64,000 bases of DNA. It comes from the human T2T-CHM13v2.0 reference genome, Homo sapiens. This document shows positions 42,816 to 55,869 of the stretch, piece after piece. The stretch's first letter is position 1; every line of letters begins with the position of its first letter. A model generated the notes under the pieces. It saw nothing but the letters and a program-made list of their open reading frames with translations, did not search any database and was not told the DNA's origin. A program made the position numbers and the translations under genes. The stretch is taken from NCBI RefSeq assembly GCF_009914755.1, contig NC_060935.1; one strand, given 5' to 3'.

Positions 42816-43503
42816 AAATGTCTTGGGCTCTTAACCAGGATGTTCTGCAGACTCTTGTGTCAAGTTGCTCAGAGAACGGGGGGGATGGACATTCTCCAAA
42901 TAGGGGGAAGGAGCTCCGATGGGGAGCACAGGTGGCTGGATCTCAAAGGGGTTCTCAGGGCAGGCTGCAAGCCATACCCACCTGTGGAGCTTTGTAGCTG
43001 CCCAAAGGTCCAGCCTCCACCCCCTGGAGATTCTGTCACTGACTACACTAGGGTTGAGATCACTGCCCTTCCCATGCAGAGGTGACACTAAGAGGGTTTT
43101 GAAGGATGAATAGGAGCAACAGGCTGGAGAGGTTTGAGGGAGACAAAGGAGTCCAGATAGAGCACACAGTGTCTGCAAAGGCCAAGAGGTGTGAGCAGGA
43201 GGGGCTGTGTGTGTGTAATCAAACCCTGCCTACCAGCCAAGGAGAACCGTGTCAACTTCTGCTCAGGGGCCAAAACCAACAGAGGTGTGGCTTGCGTCCT
43301 GGGCACCCTCCCTGCCACCTTCCTCCCTAACCCCCACCATCACCTGAGGCCTTTTCAGTCCATCAGTCAATAGCCTAGATTTACAGGGTAACCAACCAAG
43401 ACTACCTATGAACTGACAGCACACTCCTTTCCTTCACACATACCAAGGAAAGAAATCCAGAGCCACTGGAGGGAGGCATCTGCCTCAGCCTTGAAGGTGC
43501 TGG

Positions 43504-45231
43504 TGATGGTGGCAGCAGCCCATCTGGAGCAGCCACTGTGGGGACTCCAGCTGTAGCAGGGGAGGCACAGCCAGGGCTGCAGTTTCCATGGAGCCAGTGG
43601 GGCCAGGAACAGGTGGTGGCCCCGCACTCTACTGAGTTGGCAGGATGGGAGCCCCATGCTCCTGGGCGCAGCTACAGCCACCCAGTCATGGCTCCCAGCC
43701 TAGGCATCCCCGTGCTATCTGGCCTGCAGGCTTGGAAGTGCCTGCTCCCAATGCCTGCTCTGAGTTCGGAGCTTTTGCAGCAGGCAGCAGTGTCTGGATA
43801 AGGGAAACATGAGGGCACCTGAAAGCTCAGAGATGCCAGGAACCACAGAGCCCCAAAGAGGGTGTTACAACATGTCACAGCCCTGGCTCCAGGAGCCCCA
43901 AGGTCTGGGCTCCCACAAGGGCCACAGCTTTTCTCTCCTTCTCATCACCTGCAATGTGGCAAGCAGGGGGCGTGTAGCCAAGCCCAGGCACTGTTGTGAC
44001 CCAGCTGGGTGTGCACATGCTTGGGGTGGCACTGACACGCCAGCACCCTGCCACCTCAAGCCCCCTCTGAACATTGGGTGAGGAGTGCTACAGGAAGGCT
44101 GGGGGCCAAAGGTGGCTCAGCATGAGCCTGCAGATGTCCCTTGGTGTGAACAGCATGGGCATTGTGAATGACATGTTGATGGCATCAGGAGGCAGACAGG
44201 TTCCTAGGCAGGAAGGGATGGGTCCCTGTGAGGCCCCACCTTCAAGCCAGGGACAACCTGAAGCATGGGGGCTGGGCTGTCAGTGCTCGGAGAAGTCAAC
44301 ATGGGGAGTGAGAACTTCATTGATGACTGTTTGGCCAATAGGGTGGTGCTTTTTCCAGACCCACCCATGGTCACCCATGGACCAATCAGCACGCACTTCC
44401 TCTATTCTGAGCACATAAAAGCCCCAGACTCAGCCAGACTCATACACCTGCTTGGATGACCTGCCTGTGGAAAGGAGCTACCCACTACAGGTCTCCTCTC
44501 CACTGAGAGCTGGACACTCACTGGGATGACCAGCCTGCAGAAAGGAGCTGCCTACTTCAGGTCTCCTGAGAGCTGTTCTGTTGCTCATTAATGCTCCTCT
44601 CTGCTTTGCTCACCCTCCAGTTGTCCAATTACCTCATTTTTCCTGGGTGCGGGACAAGAACTTGGGACCTGCCAAATGGCAGGACTGAAAGAGCTGTAAC
44701 ACAGACAGGACTGAAACACAACCACCCCCTCCCCCCGGCTTACCATATTGTGGGCAATTAGGAGAGAAAAGCTGCAGCCCTTCCGGAAGCCCAGACTTTG
44801 GGCTCCCTGAGCAAGGGCTGTTACATGTTGTAATACCCTCTTTGGGGATCTGTGGTTCCTGGTGTCTCTGACATTTCGGGTGCCATTGTGTTTCCCTTTT
44901 CCAGATGCTGGTGCCTGCAGTGGAAGCCGCTTGGTACATCTAGTCCAGCTGCAGCCTTGCACAGAGCCAACACCTGGAGCTGACCACCCCACCACAGCTG
45001 GCCTGGCTATGTGTGGTGGCCGGACTCTGCGCTCACTTGCTCACACACCCCTCACCGCTCCATGCCTGACTTGACTTTGGCAGGATCCAGGCCAGTAGCA
45101 GGAACCAAGCACAGCCTGTCAGACTGAGTGGGTGGAACAAACCCAGCAGGCACAAGCAAAACCCAAGCAGAGGTGCCACCAACCACAGAGGTTTCCAGCT
45201 GGTGAAGCAACACCCTAAAGATCCTGTAACA
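43504..45231 (+). mobile_element. Long solo ERV1 LTR (MER52A-like, ~1.73 kb)
   Basis: Begins TGATGGTGGCAGCAGCCC and ends ATCCTGTAACA. Internal CCAAT (44382) and CATAAAA (44414). The flanks CTGG/CCAG are compatible with a CCGG TSD after CpG decay. Confidence 0.8.
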
Positions 45232-45439
45232 CCAGGAAGGGGCTTGGAGGGAGACCCAGGACACACTGCTCTGAAGGTGCTGCTCTGTGGAGAGTGAGTG
45301 GGGCCCAGCTGAAGCCAGCTGTGTATGTGTTGATGCATTCATGTGAGCATGTATGCACAGCCCTGTTTCTGCATCCATGAATTGGGGATAATGCATCTAC
45401 CTCTTTTGTGTTAGAATAATCACTGCAAAGCTGTGAGGA

Positions 45440-45570
45440 GACCAGTAGCTGCCAGGAACTGGGGGAATGGGGAAATGAGGGTTCCTTTTAGGATGATGAA
45501 ATTGTTCTGGAACTAGACAGTGGTGATGGTTGCCCATTGTGAAATACTGAATGTTACTGATGGCACGTTT
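45440..45570 (+). mobile_element. L1M 3' UTR fragment
   Basis: GGATGATGAAATTGTTCTGGAACTAGACAGTGGTGATGGTTGC. Confidence 0.7.
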
Positions 45571-45879
45571 TTTGTTTTTATTGTGTGTTTAACACACAAT
45601 AATGAGTGGATGAATGGAAAAAAAAAGCCATGAGGTCTACTGGGATGGAAAATGGGAGGCAGTAAGAGCTGTCACTCACTGAAAACCCACTGAGTGCCAA
45701 ATGCAGGATCTAGACATGTGAAATGGTGGGTAGTGGAACCACTGGCCTAGTCAGCAAACCCTAAGCCCTTAGGAGAAAGGGGTCTTCCTAGAACTGGCTG
45801 AAGGGCAGTGAGGCCCAAATATTAATAGATGGAATCCTGCTCACAGGCACAGGCCACACAGTATTTCAGGAGGACATCG

Positions 45880-46140
45880 GGACATATGTTGTTTCACTGC
45901 CCATCTAGCCCCATTCCTGTTTGGGAGGCTTCTTGGCAGGAGGCAGGACTTCGGGTCTGCTACAGAAGCTGAAGTGTCTACCCGGCCCCTCTCCTCTCAG
46001 CCCCACACCTCCCTGTACCGAGGGCATGATGTGAGATCCAGCTCAGCCAATCCGGCACCCTGGCCGGGGCATTGCATCTTGAAGTGACCTCAGTGATACA
46101 GACACAGTGGAGAAATTCTTATGGGAGGTAGATGGGAAAA
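45880..46140 (+). mobile_element. Old ERVL LTR fragment (LTR33/LTR16-like)
   Basis: CTGCTACAGAAGCTGAAG and CAGCTCAGCCAATC motifs. Confidence 0.45.
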
Positions 46141-46799
46141 AAGGTGGAAGGAGAGGGGTGGTGAGCAAATTTATCCATTCAGGACATTTTTACTGAGTGC
46201 TTATTATACATGAAGTACAGAGTGAATCAATGAATGAGGGAGAGAATCAGTGGGTGGGTGTCTATGTGAGAGCCCGCCCTTGATAAACCTCAGGGGGCTT
46301 CTAGGTAGGGCTGAGGGGCTGGCAGGGGACCCGGGATTGGCATATTAGTGAGTGGGGCTGGCTTGGGTCACAAGGATGTTCACTGGTATTCTCTTTCAGA
46401 GGCCAGGCAGGGGGTAGGGTCCCTGACAGGCCACCCACCCCATAAAAGCCCTGATTTATGCTCCAGCCGCCTGCTGGCCATGATGTCGTCTGTGCCTTGT
46501 TTATTTATTTGTGAGAGCCAGGTTGGGTTCTGGCTCCTTGGTTCTTCTGTCTCCATGTGTTCTAACCCCACATGATGAAAAAGACGGATGCCTTGGAATT
46601 ATTTTGCATGAAATTGCTGCGGAAAACTATTTGGCCCGCATTTGATTTCACCTCTTGTTACAGGATAATTTGTTATCCTGAAACGTGCAGCAGCTGGAGG
46701 CCTGGAGGAGCAGATGCTCCTGGGGAGACGCAGGCTCCCCAGGCAGGGGTGGCGGCTTCGTGGAGCAGGAGCAGAGCACTGCTTCTGCCAGGCAGACCT

Positions 46800-46995
46800 G
46801 GTCCTGACCCCACCAGTGCCCCTTTAGACTGTGGGAAGCTCATGGAGCCCTAGCTGAGCCTTGGTTTTCCTGTCTATAAAATGGGGATAAGGCCACCTAC
46901 CCACCAGAGGTAAGGACTGAATGGGGTGATTCACAGAAAGCACTTAGCACACAGTGATTGGCCCATGGGAAGCCTCCACAAAGGTTTGTTATTAT
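46800..46995 (+). mobile_element. MIR
   Basis: CTGAGCCTTGGTTTTCCTGTCTATAAAATGGGGATAA...AAAGCACTTAGCACACAGTG. Confidence 0.75.
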
Positions 46996-47332
46996 TCCTG
47001 GAAGAAAGGATTGTCCAAGAGAAGTGTTAAAGAATGAGCAAGATGTGAACTGGGTAAAGATGTGTTTTCTGGCACAGCATAAGCAAAGACATGGAGGAGA
47101 GAACCACAGCTATCATTTGGGGTACCCAGAACTGAAAGAAGGCAGACAGCAGTGCGAGAGGATGCCAGAGAAGGTGGCTGGATCAGCTATGAAGGGGCGC
47201 GTGGAAGCCAGTGAAACAGGGAGCCAGAGAAGAGTGGTGAGCTGGGGAGGGACGAGCTCTGATTCCCCCACTACAAAGAGCACTCAGGCCGGGAGGGCAG
47301 CTGGGTGAAGCCTACAGCCAGCTGTACGGTCT

Positions 47333-47765
47333 CGTATTACTTTCCAAGGGCTGCCATACACAGTGCCACACACTGGATGGCTTAAAACAACAGAACGTAT
47401 TCTGACAGTTCTGGAGGCTAGAAGTCCAACATCAAGGCGTTGGCTGCACCATACTCTCACTGAAGGTTCTAGGGAAGAGCTCTCCTTGTATCTTTCTAGC
47501 TTCTGGTGGTAGTTAGCAATCTTTGGCACTCCTTTGCTTGCAGCTGGATGGCTCCAGTCTCTGCTTGTTGTCCCATGGCATTCTACCCTGTGTCTCTCTG
47601 TCTTCTCTTCTTAGGGCCCACCCTACAGCAGTATGACCTCAACTTAACTAGTTATAGCTGCAAAGACCCCATTTCCATGTATGGCCAAATTCACAGGTAT
47701 TTGGTGTTAGGACTTCAACGTATTTTTTGTGGGAGGTGAGGAGTAACACAATTCTACCTCTATAC
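47333..47765 (-). mobile_element. MaLR LTR (MLT1B/C-like), antisense
   Basis: GGCTTAAAACAACAGAA...CAGTTCTGGAGGCTAGAAGTCCAACATCAAGG...TTAGGACTTCAAC. Confidence 0.85.
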
Positions 47766-49433
47766 TCCCTCTGTCCTCTGCCCCTCAGTCACTGAGGAAC
47801 CCAAGAGCTCTAGGATCCCAGGACCCGTTCACTGAGGAATGTTTCCTGCTTTGGGTTGGAAGCAGGGTGGGGAATCGCCATCCTTGGGGGGCATAACAAG
47901 CCCTAGGGGATAAGGGGAAGGTGAAGCCAAGACCAGGAAAGGAGGAATGGAAGGGCTGAGGCCATGGCCTACAGCGGAAATGCAAGGCCAGAGCTGGGGC
48001 AGGCTCTGGAGGTGAAGTGAAAGGTGGCTCTGAAGCCCTTGGAGAGGGAGGGTCTCACAGCCAGCCCCTCTGGGTATAGCAAAGCAGAGGTGGGGAGTGA
48101 AGGCTGGATGCTGGGGAGCTCAGGCAGGATAGAAGCCGAGTGAGCCGAAAAAGCTAGGAATGGAGGGGCTCTTGGGAAGGCCCTCAGCCTCCTCTCTGCA
48201 GCTTTAAAGGCAGAGTCCTTTAGAACTGACTTCCATCTGTGCCACAGTAGAGGCCCAGAGAGGACAGAGACTTTCCCAAGGTCACACAGTGGGTCCACAG
48301 CAGGAAATGCCTGGGGCCCACGCCTCCTGCTCCAACCACAGCTCCCACCACCCAGCTCGCAGGTGGGCCCTGCCCTGAATGTCTTCAGAGGCTGCCCCAT
48401 CCATGGCATAGGACGTGGAAGTGGTGACATCAGTGGGAGGGACGGTGGGAGGCTGGCCAGTGTGGGACCCCCATGCCCCAGAGGTGAGGGCATAAAAATG
48501 CCTGTGGAATGAAAAGAAATGTCCATTCTTCCAACCCTGGGCAAGGTAGGAATCCTGCAAAACCGAGCATTTCAAGGGACGCTAGGAGCTGGGGGAGGGG
48601 AGTGGGAGGTGGTATTGGAGCTTGCGGCTCTCTGGAAGGGTGGGTGGCTCCAGATGGGGTTAGGAAGAGCGTACATCTGGGGGAAGGGCAAAGTGGTAGG
48701 CTTAGGGCATGGGAACAGGTGTGTGTGCAGGGGTGGGGGTGGGACAGGGCCCTGAAGGAACGGGGCACCTAGAAGAGAAAGTGGTTTTTACTTGTGGGGA
48801 AGACTACTGTGCCTCTCCAGAGAGGGGAGGCCTCAGGACGACAAAGCTGAGGGCTGACTGATGCAGTAAATTCAGAGGGGAGGCAGTGGGATTCAGTGGT
48901 CCTCCCAGTGTGAAGTTGCAATGAATCAGCTGTTCTGTTAGACCCTCAGGTATGCTTAGGCCTAAAGAGCCCTATTCCCCTTCGGGACACAGTATGCCCC
49001 CTGGTACTCTGGATAGGGTAAGGGCCAGCCTCAATCTCTTGGGGGCTAGAAAAGCAGCCAGGAGCTGAAGTGGGCAGGGTCGGGGCCACACAGCTGGCCT
49101 CCTAGATTCATGGTGGAGGGCAGATGCCCCAAAGCCCTCCCTATCCGTTCCTCAATATCAGGCCCACCTGGAGACTGACTGTGGCTGGGGCTGACTCTGA
49201 ACCCCAAACCCCAAATTCAGCAAGAGAATTCAGCTGGACCAGCAAGACCCGGTCCAGCCCGGATCACGTGTCCACGTGTCGGTGGATCCTCAGGAGTCAG
49301 GCTCTCAGTAAAGCTGCAGGGCCTCACCCCTTGGTGGGGTTGCAAGGAGAGGTTCTGGGGACTAAGCTGGTCCCGAAAGGCATCTATGTACCAGTCAACA
49401 TCAAAGATCGAGCAGACTAAAAGGGAAAAACAA

Positions 49434-49600
49434 GGCTGAGTGTGGTGGCACACACCTGTAGTCTCAGCTACTTAGGAGGCTCAGCGGGGAGGATCCCCTG
49501 AACCTGGGAGGTCCAGGCTGCAATGAGCTGAGATCGCGCCACTGCACTTCAGCCTGGGTGACAGATCAAGACCCTGTCTCAAAAAAAAAAAAAAAAAAAA
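49434..49600 (+). mobile_element. Alu right monomer (FRAM-like)
   Basis: Single monomer plus poly-A. Confidence 0.85.
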
Positions 49601-49646
49601 GTTCACAATGACACAAAAGGAGTACACACATGATGTTAGAAAACCA

Positions 49647-50172
<526 letters not shown>

Positions 50173-51557
50173 ATGCCTTAAGCACCGAGGGAATACCAAC
50201 TAGCATAAAGAAAAAGTGGCAGGCACATTCTAAAGCTCCACCGCAAGCAGCCACAGAGGCCCGCAGCGAGGCCTCCCAAACACTAGCCTTCCGCTCTGGT
50301 GGCCAAGGGGAAAGGAGCGGAGAGCAGAAGCCTGGGCTGCCTGGCCTAATGGGGGCGCCCACACGCACGGCCCCCTGGGCTCAACCCCTGCCTGCAGTCT
50401 GAGCATCTGTCGGAGCTGACACTCCTCATCTGCCAACTGGGAGCCCTAGTCCACCTTGCCTCTGGGGCGGCGGGAAGGGCTCAATGAGGGGCTGGCCCAA
50501 GGTCCGAGGAACAACAGGGACACAGCGTCTGCCAGAACTCTGTGCTTTCCTGCTACACCAGGGTCCCACAGGCCCCACAGGCATGAAGGAACTGCCCCTT
50601 TGGCAAAGATCAACCCTAAGGTGCTTCTTGGCACCCTCATCAACGTCACACAGCCTGGCTCACCCTCAACTGCTATTTCCTTTGGAAGCCAGAAACACAT
50701 CCAACTGTGAGCACAGACGCCAGCCTAGAGTGCCCAGCTGAGCGTTATTTTTGCTGAAACAAGTGCCCTAGGAGGTGCTGGGGCCCTGCTACCGTGGGTT
50801 CAATGTGTCCACACCATTCCTGTCGCTAATGTGGAAGCAGTGGTGCTGGCCTGACCTCCTCCCCGCCGGGGCCCGTGGGAGACAGCAACCCTCTGTGGAT
50901 GTTTGTCTGACACATGTAAACACAGGCCCAGAGCTGCTCTCCCCCGATGGCTGGTGCTGGCTCACGGGACAGAAATGCCATCAGCCTGGGTCTCCTAGGG
51001 AGAGCCGTTCAGCACCTGCCTGGGAACCACATGCCCCAGGGGATCCTGGAGCCCCGAGCTCACTGTCTGACCCCTCCCTCTCCCAGCCTAGCCTGGGGCT
51101 GCTTAAGACACCCAGTTCCTCCTGGAATCCCTGTTTGGGTTTGGTTTGGAGTTGGAGTTTGTTTCCATTCAGGGCAACTTGATCCCGGCCCAGCCTCCAA
51201 CCCCTCACTGCCCCCGGTATCCCTGCCCCTCAGGAGGGGTCTTGACTTTGCCCACATGCTGACAGGGCAGGCTCCTCTAGACCTCCCACACGGGCACTGA
51301 GAGCTCTGGCTGTCTTTGATGTCCCGAAAGGAGATCCCCCAGCTTCCACAGCCTCAGCCCCCTCTCCCTCAGTGCTAAATAAGTCAGAGACTGCGAAAAC
51401 CAAATGCTACCCTGTGGAGCGGAACAAAAAAGAACAGGTTTGGGGGACAGAAGGGCTGGGGTCTAGATATCTGTTGATCAATTCCTTACTAGTGGCCTAG
51501 AAGAAGACATCCAACCTGTAGGGGAGGCGGCTGAAATGGCAGCATTAATAGCTCACC

Positions 51558-51880
51558 CAGATGAGCATGGTGGCTCATGCCAGTAATCCTAGCACTTTCG
51601 GAGACTGAGGAGGGAGGATTGCTTGAGGCCAGGAGTTTGAGACCAGCCTGGGCAAAACCATGAGACCCTATTTCTAAAAGAAAAAATTTAGCCAGGTGTC
51701 GTGATGTGTGCCTGTAGTCCTAGCTACTCTGGAGGCTGAGGCAGGAGGATTGCTTGAGCCCAGGAGACCAAGGCTGCAGTGAACTATGATCCCTCCACTG
51801 CACTCTACTAGGTGACAGAGCAAGACCCTGTCTCTAAAAACCAACCAACCAACCAAACAAACAAACAAAAAACCAAAACC
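51558..51880 (+). mobile_element. Alu (AluJ)
   Basis: J-type diagnostic motifs and a (CCAA)/(CAAA) tail. Confidence 0.9.
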
Positions 51881-51984
51881 AAAGACTTGATCTGTGAGCT
51901 GTGAGAAGGCTCACATGACAGATGGACTAGGTGACTGCTCCAGTCCCTTCCAACACACAGTCGATTTGGAGTTTTTTGGTCGTT

Positions 51985-52115
51985 GGTTTTTGGTTTTGGG
52001 AGACATGGGGTCTCACTTTGCTGCCTAGGCTGGTCTCAAACTCTTAAGCTCAAGTGATCCTCCTGCTTCAGCCTCCCATGCAGGAATTACAGGTGTGAGC
52101 CACCACGCACAGCCA
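51985..52115 (-). mobile_element. Alu left monomer (FLAM_C-like)
   Basis: GGGGTCTCACTTTG...CTCAAGTGATCCTCCTG...ACAGGTGTGAGCCACC. Confidence 0.8.
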
Positions 52116-53289
52116 ACATTCTTTGTTTTTAACATGCATTGTGTGCCTCTAGCCCATTTTGTGCTGTAGATGAAAAAGTGAATAAATTTCAGCCCTGCTC
52201 TCAGGAACCTATAGGCCTGGAGACTAAGCCTTAGATGAGTCAACTGAGCCTCAGAGAAAAAGACATGACATGCTCAGGGGCTGATGGGGCTGGACACTGA
52301 ACCAAGAATGTTGCTCTCTGTACTTTACAGATGAGGAAACTGAGGCTCAAGCAATGACATGAACACCCCATTGTCTGGGAGGGTTTGCAGGGTAGAGACA
52401 GATGCCCAAGAAAGGCTTATCCGGAAGTCTCATTTGTGTCCTTCCCTGGCGGGCCTGAGAATCAGCATCCTCAGGCCCAGCTTTGTCCCAGACACCTGCT
52501 TTTCCTGCACCTCCGAGTCCTGTCAGGTCACCAGAGCTTTTCAGAAAGCCCAGCCCTGTTCAAGACCCTGCACGCCTCCTGTCAGGAGAAAGCTTAGAAC
52601 ACTGACAAGATACAAGCTAACAGTTTCTTGATCTCCTAAAATTATGATGCCCTTGCTGCGATGGAACTGGAGGTCAGAGAGGTGGGTGGTTGTCCAGGAT
52701 CGCACATGGAGGGACCGGCAGAGTTGGGACCAGGCTCGGGTCTGTCCACCCCTAGAGCCTCCCTCCCACCAAGGGGGAAGTTAAGCTCTGATGTAGGGCA
52801 GGAGCTCGGCTCTCACTCGAGTGTGACCCTGGACAGGGTTTTCACAGACAACATGGGGCAGGGGGGCGGGCCTAGGGTGCAATCTGGCATTTTCAGCACC
52901 AACATGCTGGGGATTCTAGGATTCCATATGCAGAGATTCCATGCTGCAAATGGAACCTCTGGTTTTTACATAATACTAAGATATCATTATTGTGGCTCTC
53001 TATGATTCAATAATTGTAGGATTCTAGGATGACATCAGTCTAAAGTTCCATTATCCTGTGATTCCATGATCCTAGAATTCTAAGTTTCCCTGACAGCTTG
53101 GGCTCCAAAGAATAGGAAAATCTGGCTTGGAGGGTAGAAAGACAGCTTTTCCATCCTGTGGACTTTTCTAACAATGACAGGGCAATGTGTGATGTTTGAT
53201 TTTCATTGTGTTTAAAGGAAAGCATGGGGCTTGGCCAAACCACATCAGAGTGAGTTCACCTGCCCCTGGCAGAACAGCCCATGGAGCTG

Positions 53290-53520
53290 GAAGAGGAGGA
53301 GGAGGAGCAGGAAGAGGAGCAGAAGAAGGAAGAAATGAAGAATAGGAGGAGAGGAGGAGGAGGAGAGAAGGAGGAGGAAGAGCAGAGGAAGAGGAAGGAA
53401 GAAGGAAGGAGAGGAGGAAGAGAGGGAGGAAGAGAGGGAGAAGAAATGAGTAGGAGGAGAGGAGGAAGAGGAAGAAGGAATCTGGAGAAGGGGGAGAGGA
53501 GGAGGGACAGACAAGGCAGA
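53290..53520. repeat. GA-rich (GAG/GAA) low-complexity tract
   Basis: Almost pure purine on the + strand. Confidence 0.9.
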
Positions 53521-54554
53521 CAAGACCAGGAGTAGGCAGCACAAAGTAACTGCTGGAATATGAGGACAGGGAGGGCTTCCAGGAGGATGTCATATCTGCA
53601 TAAGGAGTTGAGGGCAGCAGGTCAGCAAGGGAAGGGTGACCCAGGAGCTGGTTCCACGTTGGTGGAGCCTAAGGAAGGTGGTGGGAAGTGATATGAGATT
53701 GCAAACTCAACAGGGACCAGTTCATGGAGGGCCTTGAATACCATGCTGAAGAGCTTGAACTTCACTCTGAGGGCAATGAGCAATGAGGGAAGGTTTTTGT
53801 TGGTGCAGGGAGGTCCCTGGGCACCCTGAGAATGTCAATGATGAGGAGGCCTGAGGTCATGTGTCCAAACCCTTACTGTACAGTTGAGGCCCAGAGAGGA
53901 GGATTGCTCACAATCCCCCTGCATCAGCCCGAGCTGGGGAGACCTCCCAGCCCACCCCTGCCAGAAGATTCTGGCACAGACAGCCCTGGCAAAGCAGTAA
54001 GGTGCCCCTGAAATCCACCACTCGTTGGTGCACTGGCCCAGAATCCGTGCACAGGCCTTTCCCTCGATCACAGGCTGCCCTGCAAATGGCCCTATCTGTG
54101 CCTCCTTGCCTCACCCCCAGCAAGACGAGGCCAGGCCAACTCAGGTGGCCCAGGCTCTCCAGTAAGACTCACACCCCTCACCACTGAGCCCCCAGGCCGT
54201 GCCAGGCCAGGATGGCAGATGGACACCATCAGAAGAGTCTTTGGTAAAGAGGAGAGAAGAACAGAAATTCAGTAAAACCTCAACACAGAAGTTGAGGCAC
54301 AGGAAGGAGGCAACAGCAGCCCCAGGACGGCCTGTGTGGCGTGTGTATGTTTCACTCTGAGGCTGAATGAGAGAGATGCGGTTAACTCATCCCTGCCAGC
54401 TACTGCAGGGCCTGGAGGACAGGAATCCCCTCCCCTGGGTTCATTGGCACTCACAGCTCCAATGAGGGGGAAACAGATGGGAGTAACTGGCTCTGAGACA
54501 AGGAAAAGAAGGAAAGATCTGAGAAAAGGAAGCTGGTTAAAATACAGAAAGGTC

Positions 54555-55165
54555 CATGGAATACTACTCAGTAATAAAAAGGAATGAACTATCGATACAT
54601 GCAGCCACTTGGACGGATCTCAAGGGCATTATCCTGAGTGGGAAAAAGCCGGTCTCAAAAGGTTGCATATGGTAGAGTTCTATCAGACATTCTGAATGAT
54701 GCAATTACAGAGATGCAGAGTAGATCAGTGGTGGGTAGGGGTTGAGGATGGTCAGGCCGGACAGCAGAAATCTGGCAGCAGGTGTGGAACCACGAGGGGC
54801 AGCCAGGCCTCCAGAGGCAGGGGAGCCGTGATGGGGAGGAGGGGACAAGACAGGGCCAGTGTGTGGACAGGGTGCCTGTGACTGTAAGGGGTAGCTTGGG
54901 AGAGACATCTGTGGTGATGGAGTGGTTCTGTATCTTGATTGTGGTGGGGGTTGCATGAATCTGCTAAAGATGCATTTATGATAAAATGACAGAACTATAC
55001 ATGCACATTATACCAATGTCAATATCCTGGTTTCAATATTGCACTATAATAATTTAAGATGTCACTGTTGGTGGAAATTGGGTGACGGGTACACAGGACT
55101 TTTCTATACTACCTTCACAACTTCCCGTGAATCTATCATTGTTTCAAAATAAAGAGTTGTCTTAA
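54555..55165 (+). mobile_element. L1MB/MC 3' UTR
   Basis: ATGGAATACTACTCAGTAATAAAAAGGAATGAACTA...GGGTGACGGGTACACAGGAC...TCAAAATAAAG. Confidence 0.8.
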
Positions 55166-55189
55166 AAGAATCAAATAGCCATAACTTGC

Positions 55190-55450
55190 GACAGTCTATT
55201 TGCAGCCTCTCTCTGTGGTTTCATTGACCTCTGTCTATGGTTCCTTCAGTAACACACAGTTTTGATGACCAAAGTCTTTCAATCAAACAGGTGATTCCTC
55301 CCACTTTATTGTTCTTTTTCTAGATAGTTTTAGCCTAGTTTCCTTACCTTTCTGTATAAATTTTAGAATAATCTAATCTATAGAAAAAAACCTTCGTGAG
55401 ATTTTGATTGGAATTGAGTTGAACTTATAAGCAAACTTCTATGAATCTGT
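55190..55450 (-). mobile_element. Old L1 ORF2 fragment, antisense
   Basis: TCCTCCCACTTTATTGTTCTTTTTC...TATAAATTTTAGAATA...GATTTTGATTGGAATTG. Confidence 0.7.
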
Positions 55451-55869
55451 AATTATTTAAAAATAAAAAAATTAAAAAAAAATTTAAAAGACACAGAGAG
55501 GACCTGGAGGTAGAGGGAGGAAGGAGAGAGAGCAGAGAGGAGGAAGGAGCTGATGTCCACTCCGAGGACCGTGCAGTCAGGGGAGCAGGCACAGGGAGAA
55601 GAGTTTTCTACTGTTTTCAGGGTCTGCAGTGTGTGGGGGCTCAGTCCTCTAACACTCCACATGTTTCCTGGTGATGTGGCAATGGATGTGCAACTGCACC
55701 CTCCCATGCATTTAGGGTAACATTAAAATGTCCTGCCTTTGTGCAGAGATTACTGTGCTGCTGGTGCAAATGGGTCAGAGACACTTCAACGTGTGCCCAC
55801 CCTGTCCCACAGAGCCCAGTCTGCCTTGCCTTCCCAGGGGCTGCCCAGAAACCAGTTCCTGGAACAAAG

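Noticed and set aside
52900-53090. Recurrent GATTCT/GATTCC units resembling a spaced array
   Set aside because: Irregular short low-complexity units, common near MIR/L2 remnants. There is no repeat-spacer structure, so this is not CRISPR-like.
53168-53593. Glu/Arg-rich and Ser/Leu-rich ORFs
   Set aside because: Translation of the GA-rich low-complexity tract.
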